The notes under the pieces were generated by a model. The model saw only the letters and a list, made by a program, of their open reading frames with translations, was not told the origin of the DNA and searched no databases. 64,000 bases of DNA from assembly GCF_033153115.1 (NCBI RefSeq), contig NW_026889765.1, positions 24,304,001 through 24,368,000 on the forward strand, written 5' to 3'. Made by a program: the position numbers and the translations under genes. Of this stretch, positions 63,369 through 64,000 are shown in pieces. Position 1 is the stretch's first letter. The number at the start of each line of letters is the position of its first letter. This DNA comes from Saccostrea echinata. Taxonomy: Eukaryota.

Positions 63369-64000
63369 TTAAGGAGTTGAACTTTAATTAAATTGAACAG
63401 GATGTACCTAGGTTTGGTAAACCGTTCACATTTCGCAGCAAAATTTTCAGATGTTTGTCTTGATCTTTATTTTTTTAAAAAGGAGGGTTGAATTCATTAA
63501 TTTTACAAAATTTATATTGATTCAAGATTTAATTATTAGTACATTGCGTTGAATAAAATTCTATTTTAAAGTGTTTTTTTTTCATTATGTATTTACCGTG
63601 TAATTAATCAAATAATGGGTGTTTACAAATTCGTCATTTGATTTATCGTTTTGTAAGCAGGAAATGTCACATTACATCAATCAATGAATGTTGATTGAAA
63701 TACCGTTCCTATCGGCACAGATACTTAAACAGGTTAACTTTTAATCCTAATTCTATTGCATGTTATCTCCATATTGTTTGCATTGTTTATGAGGCATATC
63801 TTTAAAATCATTGATATAATGAATTCAAATTTTCTTCAAGTAACGACCCTGTTTTCTTTCTTTCAATATGATAGAATCTTTTTGTATTGATTTTACAAAT
63901 AGTCTCGGTGATCCATGCTTTTTGATTTGCGAATATTGAAGATAATATAAAATTGACATATAAATTAAGTCGATTATAAGACTTTTTAAATCACAGTTCT

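Overview
AT-rich, intron-containing animal genomic DNA. The repeat families (Helentron/HINE-type elements with ~170-bp satellite monomers, Meta/Deu tRNA-SINEs) and gene content suggest a bivalve, most likely an oyster; this is inference. Seven protein-coding genes were spliced by hand using GT-AG junctions: a secreted short-chain-collagen-C4-like protein (+, 6.8-9.1 kb, with an orphan paralogous last exon at 3.5 kb), an AT-hook/C2H2 zinc-finger protein (-, 11.9-12.8 kb), HASPIN kinase (-, 12 coding exons), a C-factor/CsgA-like SDR (+), PSMD4/Rpn10 (-, 11 coding exons), ERI1 (+, head-to-head with PSMD4), and a 5'-incomplete uncharacterised gene (-, 59.5-61.8 kb). The 13.2-27.5 kb interval is a dense transposon nest. 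It contains a four-level nest around a decayed, intron-containing transposase-like gene, and a train of three unrelated MITEs that share TTAA junctions. The most unusual signal is about 40 copies of TACATGTA. In three places the window holds an unmodified counterpart showing the motif arose by insertion of CATGTA at a TA, which is the classic Tc1/Tc3 excision footprint. No CRISPR, rRNA or convincing tRNA gene was seen. All coordinates were read by eye and may be off by a few bases.
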